A stretch of 64,000 nucleotides of DNA, taken from assembly GCA_919901555.1 (NCBI GenBank), contig CAKKPG010000132.1, positions 13,957-77,956 of the forward strand, written 5' to 3'. The notes under the pieces were generated by a model. That model ran no database searches, had not been told where the DNA came from, and saw only the letters and a list, made by a program, of their open reading frames with translations. The translations under genes and the position numbers were made by a program. Every line of letters starts with the position of its first letter. The stretch's first letter is position 1. Shown in pieces: positions 28,501 to 37,248 of the stretch. Source of the DNA: Nitrospiria bacterium (GTDB taxonomy: Bacteria > Nitrospirota > UBA9217).

Positions 28501-29709
28501 GGCCGTGATCTCGTTCCTGACCGCGTCTGCGCCGATCATGTCTCCCGTCAGGTACCTGCCGGAACCGGTGGTGCAGGCGCCCATGATCCTCACCCTGTCG
28601 CCGACCTCGGCGCCCACTTCGGCCAGCCCCTGCTTCACCGCCTCGATGGGCCTGCCCGCCGTCGGCAGATAGCGCTTTGACAGGACCCGCATCTGCCGGT
28701 CGATCACCACCACGTTCGTGGACACGGACCCCACGTCCACGCCGAGATAGGCCTCGATCAGGCCGTCCGCGCCCGGCGCCGCGTCCTGCTCGGGATTCGG
28801 CATGACGTTCGCAGGCATGCTGAGGGGGCTTGCTCCGGAGGGCGCCCTGCTGTCCGTCCCCGCTTCTTTGAGCCCCGCGAGGCCGCGATAGCGCAGGGCG
28901 CTCTCAGGAGCGTTGAGCGCCGAAAGCGCCGCGCCTATGGCGCCGGAGGTGTGAAAATGGTCCGGCACGGTCATCTCGCCGTCGGAAAGGCCCAGCACGT
29001 CGCTGAAAGCCCGGCGCATCCCCAGGTTCGCGGCCACGCCGCCGAGGAACAAGACGGGCGCGAGGAACTTCTTGCCCCTGCCGATCGTTGCCTTGAAGTT
29101 CCGCGCCATGGCATAGCACAGCCCGGCCACGATGTCGTGATCGGGCGTGGCGATCTGCTGGAGGTGGATCATGTCGCTCTTGGCGAAGACGCTGCAGCGG
29201 CCCGCCACGCGGGGCGGGTTCTCGGAGCGGAGGGCGATGCTGCTGAACTCCTCGATGGTCAGGTGGAGGCGGTTCGCCTGCTGGTCCAGGAAGGACCCTG
29301 TGCCCGCGGCGCAGGCGGCGTTCATGGAAAAATCCTCGATCCTGGCCTCGCCGCCGCTTTCCCGGCCGAGCACGATGAGCTTCGCGTCCTCGCCGCCCAT
29401 CTCGATGACGGTCCTCGCGGCGGGGTGAAAGCGGCCGACAAAACCCGACTGGGCCAGGATCTCGTTCATGAACCGGGCGCCGATCGCGTCGGCCACCTGC
29501 TTGCCGCCGCTGCCCGTGATGCCGGCGGCACGGATGCCGTCCTCCGGGTAGTGCGACGAGAGCTGGGCGAGTTCCTGCGTGAGAGACGATGCGGGGTCGC
29601 CTTTGATGCGGGTGTAGCGCTCCCAGTGCACCCGCGCGCGGGCGTCGAGGAGCACGACCTTGACGGTCACGGAGCCGATGTCAATACCCAGATAGAAGTT
29701 CCTGCCCAT
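25543..29709 (-). CDS. Giant fused 'CoA-substrate-specific enzyme activase' protein: two BadF/BadG/BcrA/BcrD (ASKHA) ATPase domains plus 2-hydroxyglutaryl-CoA-dehydratase-D-like (DUF2229/HgdB-like) domains
   Basis: ~1388 aa from the ATG after a GAGGGA SD; LGIDIGSVTVKVVLLD and a second LGVDVGSVSTNVVVID ATPase start, TGSG/ACAAGTGSFL repeated motifs, Cys-rich dehydratase-like middle and C-terminal regions. Confidence 0.75.
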   Translation of the reverse strand: MGRNFYLGIDIGSVTVKVVLLDARARVHWERYTRIKGDPASSLTQELAQLSSHYPEDGIRAAGITGSGGKQVADAIGARFMNEILAQSGFVGRFHPAARTVIEMGGEDAKLIVLGRESGGEARIEDFSMNAACAAGTGSFLDQQANRLHLTIEEFSSIALRSENPPRVAGRCSVFAKSDMIHLQQIATPDHDIVAGLCYAMARNFKATIGRGKKFLAPVLFLGGVAANLGMRRAFSDVLGLSDGEMTVPDHFHTSGAIGAALSALNAPESALRYRGLAGLKEAGTDSRAPSGASPLSMPANVMPNPEQDAAPGADGLIEAYLGVDVGSVSTNVVVIDRQMRVLSKRYLPTAGRPIEAVKQGLAEVGAEVGDRVRIMGACTTGSGRYLTGDMIGADAVRNEITAQATAAAEIDPAVDTIFEIGGQDSKFISLDNGAVVDFEMNKACAAGTGSFLEEQAERLGIRIKQEFEEKALKAASPCRLGERCTVFMESDLVHFMNKGAGVEELTAGLAYSIVHNYLQKVVAGKRVGSRIFFQGGVAANKAVVSAFEQVTGKAITVPPHHEVTGAIGAAIIAMREQNGRPSTFKGFDLSKRAYTVKAFECAECANRCTVRKVSFEGEEPLFYGSRCEKYDVRKKASDRQVLPDLFAERERMLLDTPVPEKGGKTIGIPRMLYVSDYLPFWKTFFAELGYRVVLSDRTNRTLVNKGLEATSAETCFPAKVALGHLQDLLDKGVDLLFLPSYIRFPVAYQKLTGTQACPYVQAFPYLARASLSFGNTRTLEPVLQLQDRRHFIKSMRDLGKALGKRGRIVLRAMHRAERAQKEFARSAEARGNEVLGSLREDEKALVLIGRNYNTSDTGLNMNLPAKIRDLGIQAIPMDFLPLHDVAMDGLEDMYWRSGQRILAAGRFMREHPNLYPVYITNFGCGPDSFITHFFKDEAGDKPFLQLEIDEHSADAGAVTRIEAFLDSLKHAPAVSLVRTFEVRTNGSPYRKKVHLPPMTDHAYAISAAFKACGVEAEVLPESDDETLRIGKEHSSGRECYPLALTTGDMIKATRRPGFDPERSAFFMPSGKGPCRFGQYNRYHRLVLDQLGLEQVPILSPSQDETLYRDVGVLGKDFSLLCWKGTLGVDMLQKALWEHRPHEKRTGEADRVYGEALRKLTDAIEQRQEPLPVLQEAYREFNAIECNERDRPVIGVVGEIYIRANRYGNENIVRQIEKLGGEAWVAPISEWLAYLNVTAKGAARMNRAWGDLFKSHVAGWVQEREEHKMVSSFNGSLRSLHEPRISETLRAAAPYVHHSFEGETVLSVGKAIDYIKRGVSGIVNVMPFTCMPGTIAGALLKRVREDFDNIPLLSIAYEGQKDSQTLTRLEAFMHQAKGYREAKQEIKS

Positions 29710-29948
29710 AAACCATTTCCCTCTCATGGAATGGATTGAACTGAACCAGCGCACTCCCTCTTTACGATCTCTCCGGCAACGAGGGAATGCAGCAGTGGAA
29801 CAGCGGAATTGGAGCGTACCGTCGCAATGGTATGGCTATTATAGTGATAATCCGCAGGAGAGTCAATACAGGTCGGCGGGAGAGTGAAGAATAAATAAAC
29901 CCCGGGGCCGAATAGGAACCCCGGGGGCGAAACATCGTTGGCGCCGGA

Positions 29949-30182
29949 CTACAGGGAGGGCACGTCCAGCTCTTTCTTTTTCTGGGATGGCGTCTTTTTC
30001 GATGACTTTGTGTCTGTTGACGTTGCTGTTTTTTTCGTCGTCGAGGACTTCTTAGAGGATGATGCTTTTTTCTTCTGGCCGGCCTTCGGCACCGGCTTCA
30101 GCTCTTCCTGCTTTTTACAGCCGGCAACGGTCATTCCGACGGCAGTGAAGACCGCCAGAACGAAAATGAAAAATCTTTTCAT
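29949..30182 (-). CDS. Small Lys/Ser/Thr-rich lipoprotein
   Basis: Lipobox MKRFFIFVLAVFTAVGMTVAGC then KKQEELKPVPKAGQKKKASSSKKSSTTKK...; followed by two CCCCGGGG palindromic hairpins (29891-29930), likely a terminator. Confidence 0.5.
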   Translation of the reverse strand: MKRFFIFVLAVFTAVGMTVAGCKKQEELKPVPKAGQKKKASSSKKSSTTKKTATSTDTKSSKKTPSQKKKELDVPSL

Positions 30183-30416
30183 ACTCCCCTCCTTTGGGAA
30201 AACCAAATTTGAAACAAAAAATTCTGTTAAACCTTATCATAAAATACCGGGGCTGTCAACCGTGATAAGCCCTCTGAAGGAGAGGCGTTAGCCGGGAAAC
30301 CACGGCGAGCAGGCGGCCCCTTGGCGTTCGGTACGCTTGACGGAACCTTTCAGACGCCGCAGGCCGCGGGGAAAAATGCTATACTATGCTTTATGTAAAA
30401 AGGAGGCGTTCAAAAC

Positions 30417-31967
30417 ATGATCGCGCCGGCAGGCGAAATACTCGGCATGACGGTCCCCCATTTCCTGCGGGGACTGCGCACAGCGAAAAAAACAGGCACC
30501 GTCGTCTTCGAACGGAACGGCGATGTCAAGAAGGTCTATCTCAAGGAAGGCGAGGTCATCTTCGCCTCCTCGAACCGGGATGAAGACCAGCTCGGTGAAT
30601 ACCTGCTCCGCGCGGGAACAATCACCAAGGCGCAGTACGATGCTGCCTCGGAAATAATCAAAAGGACGAACAAAAAGCTGGGCGCCATCCTCGTGGAGCT
30701 GGGGTTCCTCTCTCCCCACGACCTCGTGTCGGGAGTGAAGCTTCAGGTCAGGGACATCATCGTGAGCCTCTTTGCGTGGCGTGACGGCAATTACCGGTTT
30801 GACGAGGGCCCCCTTCCTCCCGACGACATCATCCCTCTCCACATGAGCACCGGGAACCTGGTTCTCGAAGGCGCGCGCGCCCTGGACTGGCAGGTGGTCC
30901 GAAAAATACTTCCGCCCCTCAACACGGTGCTGCGCCCGGCGCCCGATCCTTTCACGCTCTTTCAGAGCGCGGACCTCTCCCACGATCAGAGAACGGTCCT
31001 TTCGCTCATCGACGGCAGGCGAACGATGGAAGAGATCTGCTCGCTCGCCGGTTCAGGAGACTATAACACCCTGAAGGCCCTCTATCTGTTCCTTGCACTC
31101 CAGGTGGCCGTGGTCGGCGAGATCAAGACCGAGGAGGAAATGACCTCGGTCCGTGAAGCCCTGAGCCATGCCGCGGCCCCCGGAGCAGAGAAGGCCGAAG
31201 AGACGGCATCGCCGGAACAGCAGGCCGCGAGGATGATGATCCGGAAAGCCGCCGAAGAGCTGGAGGGCCGGGACCACTACCAGGCGCTCGGCGTGACCGA
31301 CGGCGCCTCCGGCGCCGAGATCAAAAAGGCGTACTTCAAGCTCGCCAAGCGCTATCATCCCGACCGGCATTTCGATCCCGAGTTGAACGACATGAAAAGT
31401 ACGCTCGAGTCGCTGTTTACGAGGATCACCGAAGCGTATAACGCGCTCAACGACGAGGCAAAGCGCAAAGCATACGACTTCTCCCGCATCAAGACGCCCA
31501 GGAAGGTCGAGTTCGAGGAAGACCACACGGACCGGACCGGGACCGCCGCCAACCAGTTCAACAAGGGCCTGAAGGAATATAAGGCAGGGAACTTCTGGGG
31601 CGCTCTCGAGGCCTTCGGCTGGGCCTGCCGCCTCGATCCGATAAACGCGAAATACTTTCATTACCTCGGGCTCGCTCTCCTTGAGATGCCCCGGAGACGC
31701 CACGATGCGGAAGAGAGCTTTAAAAAGGCCCTGGAAATGGAGCCATCGAGAGTGGACTCTCGTCTTGCGCTGGCGGACCTTTACCGCAGAGGCGGGCTCA
31801 AATCCCGGGCGCTCGCCATGCTCCGCGAAGCCTTACAGTGGGACCCCGACTCCGCGCAGATCAAGGAAGCAATGCTTGCCGTCGAATCCGGAGGGGCGGG
31901 CGGGGAACAAGGAGGGGAAAAAGAAAGCAGCGGCTTCCTGGGAAAACTCTTCGGGAATAAAAAGTGA
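30417..31967 (+). CDS. DUF4388 domain - DnaJ (J) domain - TPR repeat fusion protein
   Basis: 516 aa; N-terminal L..LRTAKKTGTVVFERNGDVKKVYLKEGEVIFASSN (DUF4388-like), central DHYQALGV...KKAYFKLAKRYHPDR (J domain HPD motif), C-terminal TPR-like repeats. Confidence 0.75.
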   Translation: MIAPAGEILGMTVPHFLRGLRTAKKTGTVVFERNGDVKKVYLKEGEVIFASSNRDEDQLGEYLLRAGTITKAQYDAASEIIKRTNKKLGAILVELGFLSPHDLVSGVKLQVRDIIVSLFAWRDGNYRFDEGPLPPDDIIPLHMSTGNLVLEGARALDWQVVRKILPPLNTVLRPAPDPFTLFQSADLSHDQRTVLSLIDGRRTMEEICSLAGSGDYNTLKALYLFLALQVAVVGEIKTEEEMTSVREALSHAAAPGAEKAEETASPEQQAARMMIRKAAEELEGRDHYQALGVTDGASGAEIKKAYFKLAKRYHPDRHFDPELNDMKSTLESLFTRITEAYNALNDEAKRKAYDFSRIKTPRKVEFEEDHTDRTGTAANQFNKGLKEYKAGNFWGALEAFGWACRLDPINAKYFHYLGLALLEMPRRRHDAEESFKKALEMEPSRVDSRLALADLYRRGGLKSRALAMLREALQWDPDSAQIKEAMLAVESGGAGGEQGGEKESSGFLGKLFGNKK

Positions 31968-32097
31968 CCGGTTCATAAAAAAACGATTTCACGACAGCGT
32001 CACGGAGGGCACGGAGTTTTTAGGCGCTTACGCCTATTACATCGACAAAAGATTGTCGATCTTTGAATCGAATTTAAAACAAAAAGACGAGTAATTT

Positions 32098-32200
32098 TCT
32101 CGCAAAGACGCCAAGCTCGCAAAGAAAGGCCAAGTCATTGGTATTTAAACCAAGATAAAGGATTTCCTTTGCGTTCTTTGCGGCTTTGCGTGAGACGCCT
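32098..32200. repeat. Imperfect palindrome of CGCAAAG / CTTTGCG repeats between convergent genes (candidate bidirectional terminator or small palindromic element)
   Basis: tctcgcaaagacgccaagctcgcaaagaaagg...cctttgcgttctttgcggctttgcgtgagacgcc. Confidence 0.5.
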
Positions 32201-32329
32201 TTTGGCTCTGTTTTTTTGTTCCGGTTTATCCGGGTTAGGAAGATGTGAGGGTGCGCGGAAGGCGGGTTGGAAAGGTTTTTGCGGTTTCTGTACGCGAAAC
32301 CGTTGTGTCGTTTGCCCGTTCAAAAATCC

Positions 32330-32968
32330 CTACTTCGGCTTCAGCCCTGCGATCTCCCAGATGCGGTGTTCCGCCTCCTGGGTTTTTCCCTGCTTCAGAA
32401 GCTCCATAACGTCCGAATCCACGATGGCCTGAAGCGCCCCTTTTCGAACGTCCTCATCCTTGACCTCTTCCAGAAGCCGTTTCCTGACCGCGGCCATCCT
32501 GTGGAGGAACAGCTCGTACTCCGGCCCGTATTTCTCCTCCAGCTCCCGCCGTATCCTGTGCGACAGGGCCGGGCTTACCCCCCCCGTTGATACGGCAATC
32601 AGAAGGTCTCCTTGCTCAACCACCGAGGGGAGGATGAAGCAGCCCTCTTCCGGGGGCGCGGCAACGTTCACGAGAATGTGCTGTTTCCTGCAGAGCCTGC
32701 CCGCCGCGCTGTTCACCTCCAGAGAATCGGTGGCCGCAATAACGAGGAACGCGCCGGCTAGGTCTTTTTCTTCGAGGGCTTTCTGCAGGTGAAGGACCTT
32801 TCCCGATGCGGCAAGCTCGCGCAGTTTGGGTGTCAGCGAGGGGCTTATGACCGTCACGTCGGCCCCGGCCCCGAGAAGAGACAGGGCCTTTCGTTCGGCC
32901 ACCCGGCCTCCGCCGATGACCACACAGGGCCGTTCGCGCAGGTCCAGGTAAATGGGATAGTATTTCAT
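32330..32968 (-). CDS. sirC: Precorrin-2 dehydrogenase / sirohydrochlorin ferrochelatase (siroheme synthase N-terminal-type)
   Basis: 212 aa; VVIGGGRVAERKALSLLGAGADVTVISP Rossmann N-terminus typical of CysG-N/Met8/SirC. Confidence 0.75.
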   Translation of the reverse strand: MKYYPIYLDLRERPCVVIGGGRVAERKALSLLGAGADVTVISPSLTPKLRELAASGKVLHLQKALEEKDLAGAFLVIAATDSLEVNSAAGRLCRKQHILVNVAAPPEEGCFILPSVVEQGDLLIAVSTGGVSPALSHRIRRELEEKYGPEYELFLHRMAAVRKRLLEEVKDEDVRKGALQAIVDSDVMELLKQGKTQEAEHRIWEIAGLKPK

Positions 32969-33693
32969 CGGGTCCGCAGTTTACTGATGAGAGACCCGGC
33001 GGTCTCGCTCATGGAGGGGTATTTCCGCGCCAGCGTTTCGAGCGCATCGAGCGCCCTGGCGCGCTCGCCTATTTCCCGGTACGCGAGGCCCATGTAGTAG
33101 AGCGTGTCTTTCTCAGACAGCGATGAAGGGTAATTCTTTACTATCCCTTCCAGGCGCCCCAGGGCCGACTTGTACGAGCCTTTTTTATAATAAAAGCGCG
33201 CAACGTAGAGTTCGTACTCCGCAAGGCGGTCCCGGCAGATGGCGGCGTACTTTTTCGCCTGCTCCACGTAAGGGGCCTTCGGATATTTCGAGGGCAGCTT
33301 CTCAAACTCCTTGAGCGCCGCACGGGTGAGCTCCGGGTCCCGGTCTATGGTCGACATCTGCTTGAAGCTGCACAGGGCGATCTGGAACTGGGCGTAGGGA
33401 GCGTCGCGGTGCACGGGGTGAAAGTTCAGGAAGGCCTGGTATTCCACCTGGGCCTCGTCGTACTTCTCCTCGCCGTAATAGGTGTCGGCGACCCTGAGCA
33501 TGATGTCCGCATCGTAGCTCCGGTCGGGCGACTTTTCCTGGAGCTCCTGGTAGGCCTTGCGCGCCTTCTCAAAAGATTCCTTGTGCATGTACGTCTCGGC
33601 CTCTTTGAACTTTGCGACCGGATCAAAGGTGACCTCTTTTGCCGCGCAGGCCGCGATGACGATGAGCGGAAGTATGATGAGAATTTTTTTCAT
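32965..33693 (-). CDS. bamD: Outer membrane protein assembly factor BamD (TPR lipoprotein)
   Basis: 242 aa; lipobox LIVIAAC, TPR repeats, phrases typical of BamD/YfiO (YELYVARFYYKKGSYKSA, NYPSS). 4-nt overlap with sirC. Confidence 0.8.
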   Translation of the reverse strand: MKKILIILPLIVIAACAAKEVTFDPVAKFKEAETYMHKESFEKARKAYQELQEKSPDRSYDADIMLRVADTYYGEEKYDEAQVEYQAFLNFHPVHRDAPYAQFQIALCSFKQMSTIDRDPELTRAALKEFEKLPSKYPKAPYVEQAKKYAAICRDRLAEYELYVARFYYKKGSYKSALGRLEGIVKNYPSSLSEKDTLYYMGLAYREIGERARALDALETLARKYPSMSETAGSLISKLRTR

Positions 33694-33980
33694 GGGAAGG
33701 ACTTTTTATCCACGGATCGCAGAGGTCTTGCAGATGAACAGCCTGCTTTCACCGGTGCCGAGCTGCGCCGTATGCGGACAGCGTGCGTTAAAGTACTTTA
33801 CAGACCGACATCTTGAATTTTGAGTCAAGTTTTTACCACGGAAAATGCCACGGAGTCTCACTGAAATGATGAGAAACATATTATAAAGATTGTTTTTTGC
33901 TCTTTCCGTGCGCCTCCTCCGTGCGCCTCCGTGGTAAAGTTTCTTTTATGGTCTGAGGTTCACCTCGTTAAGCTTTGAAT

Positions 33981-34067
33981 TGGTGCCGAAGGGGGGACTC
34001 GAACCCCCACGGGAATACTCCCACTGCGCCCTGAACGCAGCGCGTCTACCAGTTCCACCACTCCGGC
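33981..34067 (-). tRNA. tRNA-Leu (anticodon CAG), 87 nt with long variable arm, CCA encoded
   Basis: Reverse complement gccggagtggtggaactggtagacgcgctgcgttcagggcgcagtgggagtattcccgtgggggttcgagtcccccttcggcacca: 7-bp acceptor stem, D-arm, anticodon stem ctgcg/cgcag with loop ttCAGgg, long extra arm, T-arm GGTTCGAGTCC. Confidence 0.85.
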
Positions 34068-34153
34068 ACGGGCATAATATTAAAGCGAACGCAGAGGATT
34101 GTCAAGGGTTGTTTTGGCGGCTTCTCTTGCCTTTCCTCATGCGAAGCCGGACG

Positions 34154-35470
34154 TTATACCTTCTTCACCCACTTCCTGCTCTTTCCCAGTGCCGCCGCGA
34201 CCATTGACTGCACAAAGCGGGATTTTACCTGTTTGCTGAGCAGGGTCTTTTTCACCGGAGGCAGATTGAGGAAGACGCCGAGAAAACGGTTCAGGACCGT
34301 ATGGGTAAGGCTTTCGGGATCGCTGAAAAGGATGTGCTGGAGCTTTCCCCGCTCGAGCGCCATGTTCACGACCCGCTCCACCGTTGTCTCGGGCGTGAGC
34401 ACGCGCTCCGGCCGCGGATCCATGCCCATCGCCCTCTGATTACAGGCGGCCGCGCACACCCCGCAGCCCAGGCACAACGACTCGTCCACCCGCGCAGAGA
34501 GGGGGTATTTTTTTCTCTTGGCAAAGGGGACCGGAAGCAGGGAAACGGCGCCGATGGGACAGGCCCGCGCGCACCGGCCGCACCCGACGCAGGAAGCCGC
34601 ATCAACGTGGGCGATGAAGTTGCTCGTCTTGACGGCGTGGGGGATGCCGTGAAGGTTGATGCCCTGGAGCATGTTGCAGCAGCACCCGCAGCAGTTGCAG
34701 ATGAACGAAGGCTTCTGTTTGACGTTGTCGCAGATCTGGACGAGCCCCATGGCGCGGGACCTGGCGAGGAGATCCAGCAGTTCTTCTTTCGACGCCCTCC
34801 GCGCGAGGTCATGGCGGATGAGGTGCTCCGCGGCGTTGAACAGGCTGATGCACGTCTCAACGGGCTTATCGCACGCCGTGCCGAGGTGCCCGGCCTTGTG
34901 GCGGCAGTAGCAGAGCGTGACGCTCCCGCCCTTTGACTGCTCTATCAGCGCCGTGGCCCGCTCATAGTCCAGGATGTAGGAGACGTCTCCCTCGTTGACG
35001 GCGTTCTCATTTACCAGCGTACGGCCGTGGACCGTGTCTCCGCCGAAAAACATCTTTGCGAAGGCATGGTCTTCTTCCATGTAGCGATGATAGTGGCGCG
35101 CGAGCTCTTTCTGGTTGATATCCGTTCGCACGCGCATCAGCGAAAACTCGAAAAACCCGACGACCGGCGGCGCGAGCAGGTAAAAGGCCTTGCCGCTCCG
35201 GGGATGCACGGCATCGAGCACCAGCCCCTTGTCGGCCATGCGGTCGAGCTTCGCTTTGAGGGTTTCTTTGTTTTCCTTGAATCGCGCGGCGAGAATATCG
35301 ATGCTTGTGGGAACAATGGGAAGCCGGGCGGCCAGGGCCGCCTCTTCTTCGGAGAAGAGGATCTTCAAGATATCATACACTGCCGGCCCTTCGGGGAGGC
35401 CCGAGGGGGTCGTGTCGATACGCTTTCTGAGGTCCCGGTAGACCCGCTTTATTTCATGGAGATGGCCCAT
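34154..35470 (-). CDS. Fe-S cluster-binding protein with multiple 4Fe-4S ferredoxin-type motifs (function unknown)
   Basis: 438 aa; CNCCGCCCNMLQG, CVGCGRCARACP, CLGCGVCAAACN motifs; N-terminal region without a recognised domain. Confidence 0.6.
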   Translation of the reverse strand: MGHLHEIKRVYRDLRKRIDTTPSGLPEGPAVYDILKILFSEEEAALAARLPIVPTSIDILAARFKENKETLKAKLDRMADKGLVLDAVHPRSGKAFYLLAPPVVGFFEFSLMRVRTDINQKELARHYHRYMEEDHAFAKMFFGGDTVHGRTLVNENAVNEGDVSYILDYERATALIEQSKGGSVTLCYCRHKAGHLGTACDKPVETCISLFNAAEHLIRHDLARRASKEELLDLLARSRAMGLVQICDNVKQKPSFICNCCGCCCNMLQGINLHGIPHAVKTSNFIAHVDAASCVGCGRCARACPIGAVSLLPVPFAKRKKYPLSARVDESLCLGCGVCAAACNQRAMGMDPRPERVLTPETTVERVVNMALERGKLQHILFSDPESLTHTVLNRFLGVFLNLPPVKKTLLSKQVKSRFVQSMVAAALGKSRKWVKKV

Positions 35471-35494
35471 GGGTTGTCTTTAACCTTCTTGACG

Positions 35495-35555
35495 TGTAAC
35501 TCTCAGGTCTGCCGCTGAGCACAGGGGCAAAAAAGCGCGCGCGCAGCGAAAAGCT
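35495..35555. repeat. Partial copy (left end) of MITE family 2 (AACT(A)CTCAGGTCTGCCGCTGAGCACAGG...)
   Basis: gtaactctcaggtctgccgctgagcacaggggcaaaaaagcgcgcgcgcagcgaaaagctc nearly identical to the left ~60 nt of the full element at 36271-36455. Confidence 0.7.
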
Positions 35556-36131
35556 CTACTTCAAACCCCGGCTCCCCGGCTTCACCGGCGCGCTTCCCGC
35601 CTTGCACAGGGGACAGGCTTCGGGGGTATAGGTAGGAACGTTGAGCGTGACCAGGGATTTATAGGGCACCCCGAGTTCGGCCTTGCCGCCCGAGCGGTCG
35701 ACGAGCGAGCCGGCGGCCACGACCACGCCGCCCGCTTTTTTCACGACCTCGATGGTCTCCTTCGTGGACTTGCCCGTGGTGATCACGTCTTCCACCACGA
35801 GCACCCGCTCTCCCGGTTTTATCATGAACCCCCGGCGAAGCGTAAGCTCGCCGTTCACCCGTTCCGCGAACAGGGCGCGAACGCCCAGGGCACGCGCCGT
35901 CTCGTGGGAGACGAACACGCCGCCCAGCGCGGGTGCGATGACGGCCGCGATTTTTTCATCCTTGAAATGCCCGGCCAGCCCGGCGCAGAGCTTCGTTGCG
36001 ATGTCCGGCAGCTGAAGCACGAGCGCCGACTGCAGGTACTGCTCGCTATGCAGGCCGGACGACAGCAGGAAGTGGCCGGTGAGCAGTGCCCCGGTTCTTT
36101 TGTAGATGCCCAGTACTTCGTCTTGTGTCAT
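35556..36131 (-). CDS. pyrE: Orotate phosphoribosyltransferase
   Basis: 191 aa; PRPP-binding VLVVEDVITTGKS, LLTGHFLLSSGLHS N-terminal region. Confidence 0.85.
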   Translation of the reverse strand: MTQDEVLGIYKRTGALLTGHFLLSSGLHSEQYLQSALVLQLPDIATKLCAGLAGHFKDEKIAAVIAPALGGVFVSHETARALGVRALFAERVNGELTLRRGFMIKPGERVLVVEDVITTGKSTKETIEVVKKAGGVVVAAGSLVDRSGGKAELGVPYKSLVTLNVPTYTPEACPLCKAGSAPVKPGSRGLK

Positions 36132-36270
36132 AAAACGTTACCCCTTAAAATTTTTGCCACAGAGTTCACAGAGACCACCGAGTAAACATTCAAATTCAAA
36201 TATCAAAGCCTACCCTTGGAACTTATCTGTTTTGACATTCATTTGAAATTTGGATTTTGTCATTATCTGT

Positions 36271-36455
36271 AACTACTCAGGTCTGCCGCTGAGCACAGGC
36301 GCAAAAAAGCGCGCCGTGACCGTCATGGCAACGCCACCTCAGCCAAAACAGCGCGTGCGCAGCGAAAGCGCTGCGGGTACGGGTACCGACAGCGTGAAGG
36401 GCAATAGCACGCTGGCGCGCCTTGCGCCGAAGCGAAGTGGCTGACCTGAGTAGTT
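36271..36455. repeat. MITE family 2 full element (~185 bp) with terminal inverted repeats AACTACTCAGGTCTGCC / GGCTGACCTGAGTAGTT
   Basis: Ends are reverse complements. Left-half copy at 35495-35555, right-half copy at 39169-39241. Intergenic between pyrE and pyrF. Confidence 0.75.
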
Positions 36456-36501
36456 GCCATTGTCTTACCGCTGTGACCTCTGAGTGCTCTGTGGCTCAAA
36501 C

Positions 36502-37233
36502 TTATTGACCTATCTCTTCCAAAATCTTCTCCACCGCCGCCCTCCGGTCTTCCGCCTTGAGCACCGGCCTGCCGATCACGAGGTAATCGGCTCCGGCGGC
36601 GACCGCTTCGGCGGGTGTCATGGTCCTCTTCTGGTCATCCTTTCCCGCCCACGCGGGCCGCACGCCCGGCGTCAGGACGACGAACGCGCCCCGGACCGAC
36701 CGGCGAAGCATTTTTATCTCCTGCGGCGACGCCACCACGCCGTCCAGGCCGGCACGCTGGGCGAGCTTCGCCAGATGGCACACCTCGCGCCGGAGCGGCC
36801 GCGTGATTTTTAATTCCCGTTGCAGGCCCCGCTGGTCCATGCTCGTCAGGACCGTCACGGCAAGCACAACAGGCCGCGGCAGACCGTATTTTTCCGCCGT
36901 CTCTTTCGCCGAATCCGCCGCGGCCTTCATCATATCGAGACCGCCGAGAGCGTGGACATTGAAGATGCTCACGCCGAGCTTCACGGCCTCCGCCGACGCC
37001 TTTGCCACGGTATTCGGGATATCGTGATACTTGAGGTCCAGGAAAACACGGCCTCCCGAAGCCGTGATCCTGCGCACGATGTCGGGGCCATAGGCCGTGA
37101 AGAGCTGGTGCCCCACCTTGAACAGGCCCACCGCGTCCTTCAATTCGGCAACAAGCCCGAGCGCTTCCCGGTCATCGTCCACATCCAGGGCGAGGATAAG
37201 GCGATCAGTAGCCTTCAATTTTGCACTCCGCAT
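36502..37233 (-). CDS. pyrF: Orotidine 5'-phosphate decarboxylase
   Basis: 243 aa; LILALDV, FLDLKYHDIPNTV, conserved K..D.P catalytic motif region. Confidence 0.9.
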   Translation of the reverse strand: MRSAKLKATDRLILALDVDDDREALGLVAELKDAVGLFKVGHQLFTAYGPDIVRRITASGGRVFLDLKYHDIPNTVAKASAEAVKLGVSIFNVHALGGLDMMKAAADSAKETAEKYGLPRPVVLAVTVLTSMDQRGLQRELKITRPLRREVCHLAKLAQRAGLDGVVASPQEIKMLRRSVRGAFVVLTPGVRPAWAGKDDQKRTMTPAEAVAAGADYLVIGRPVLKAEDRRAAVEKILEEIGQ

Positions 37234-37248
37234 TCCGCAATCGCGTTA

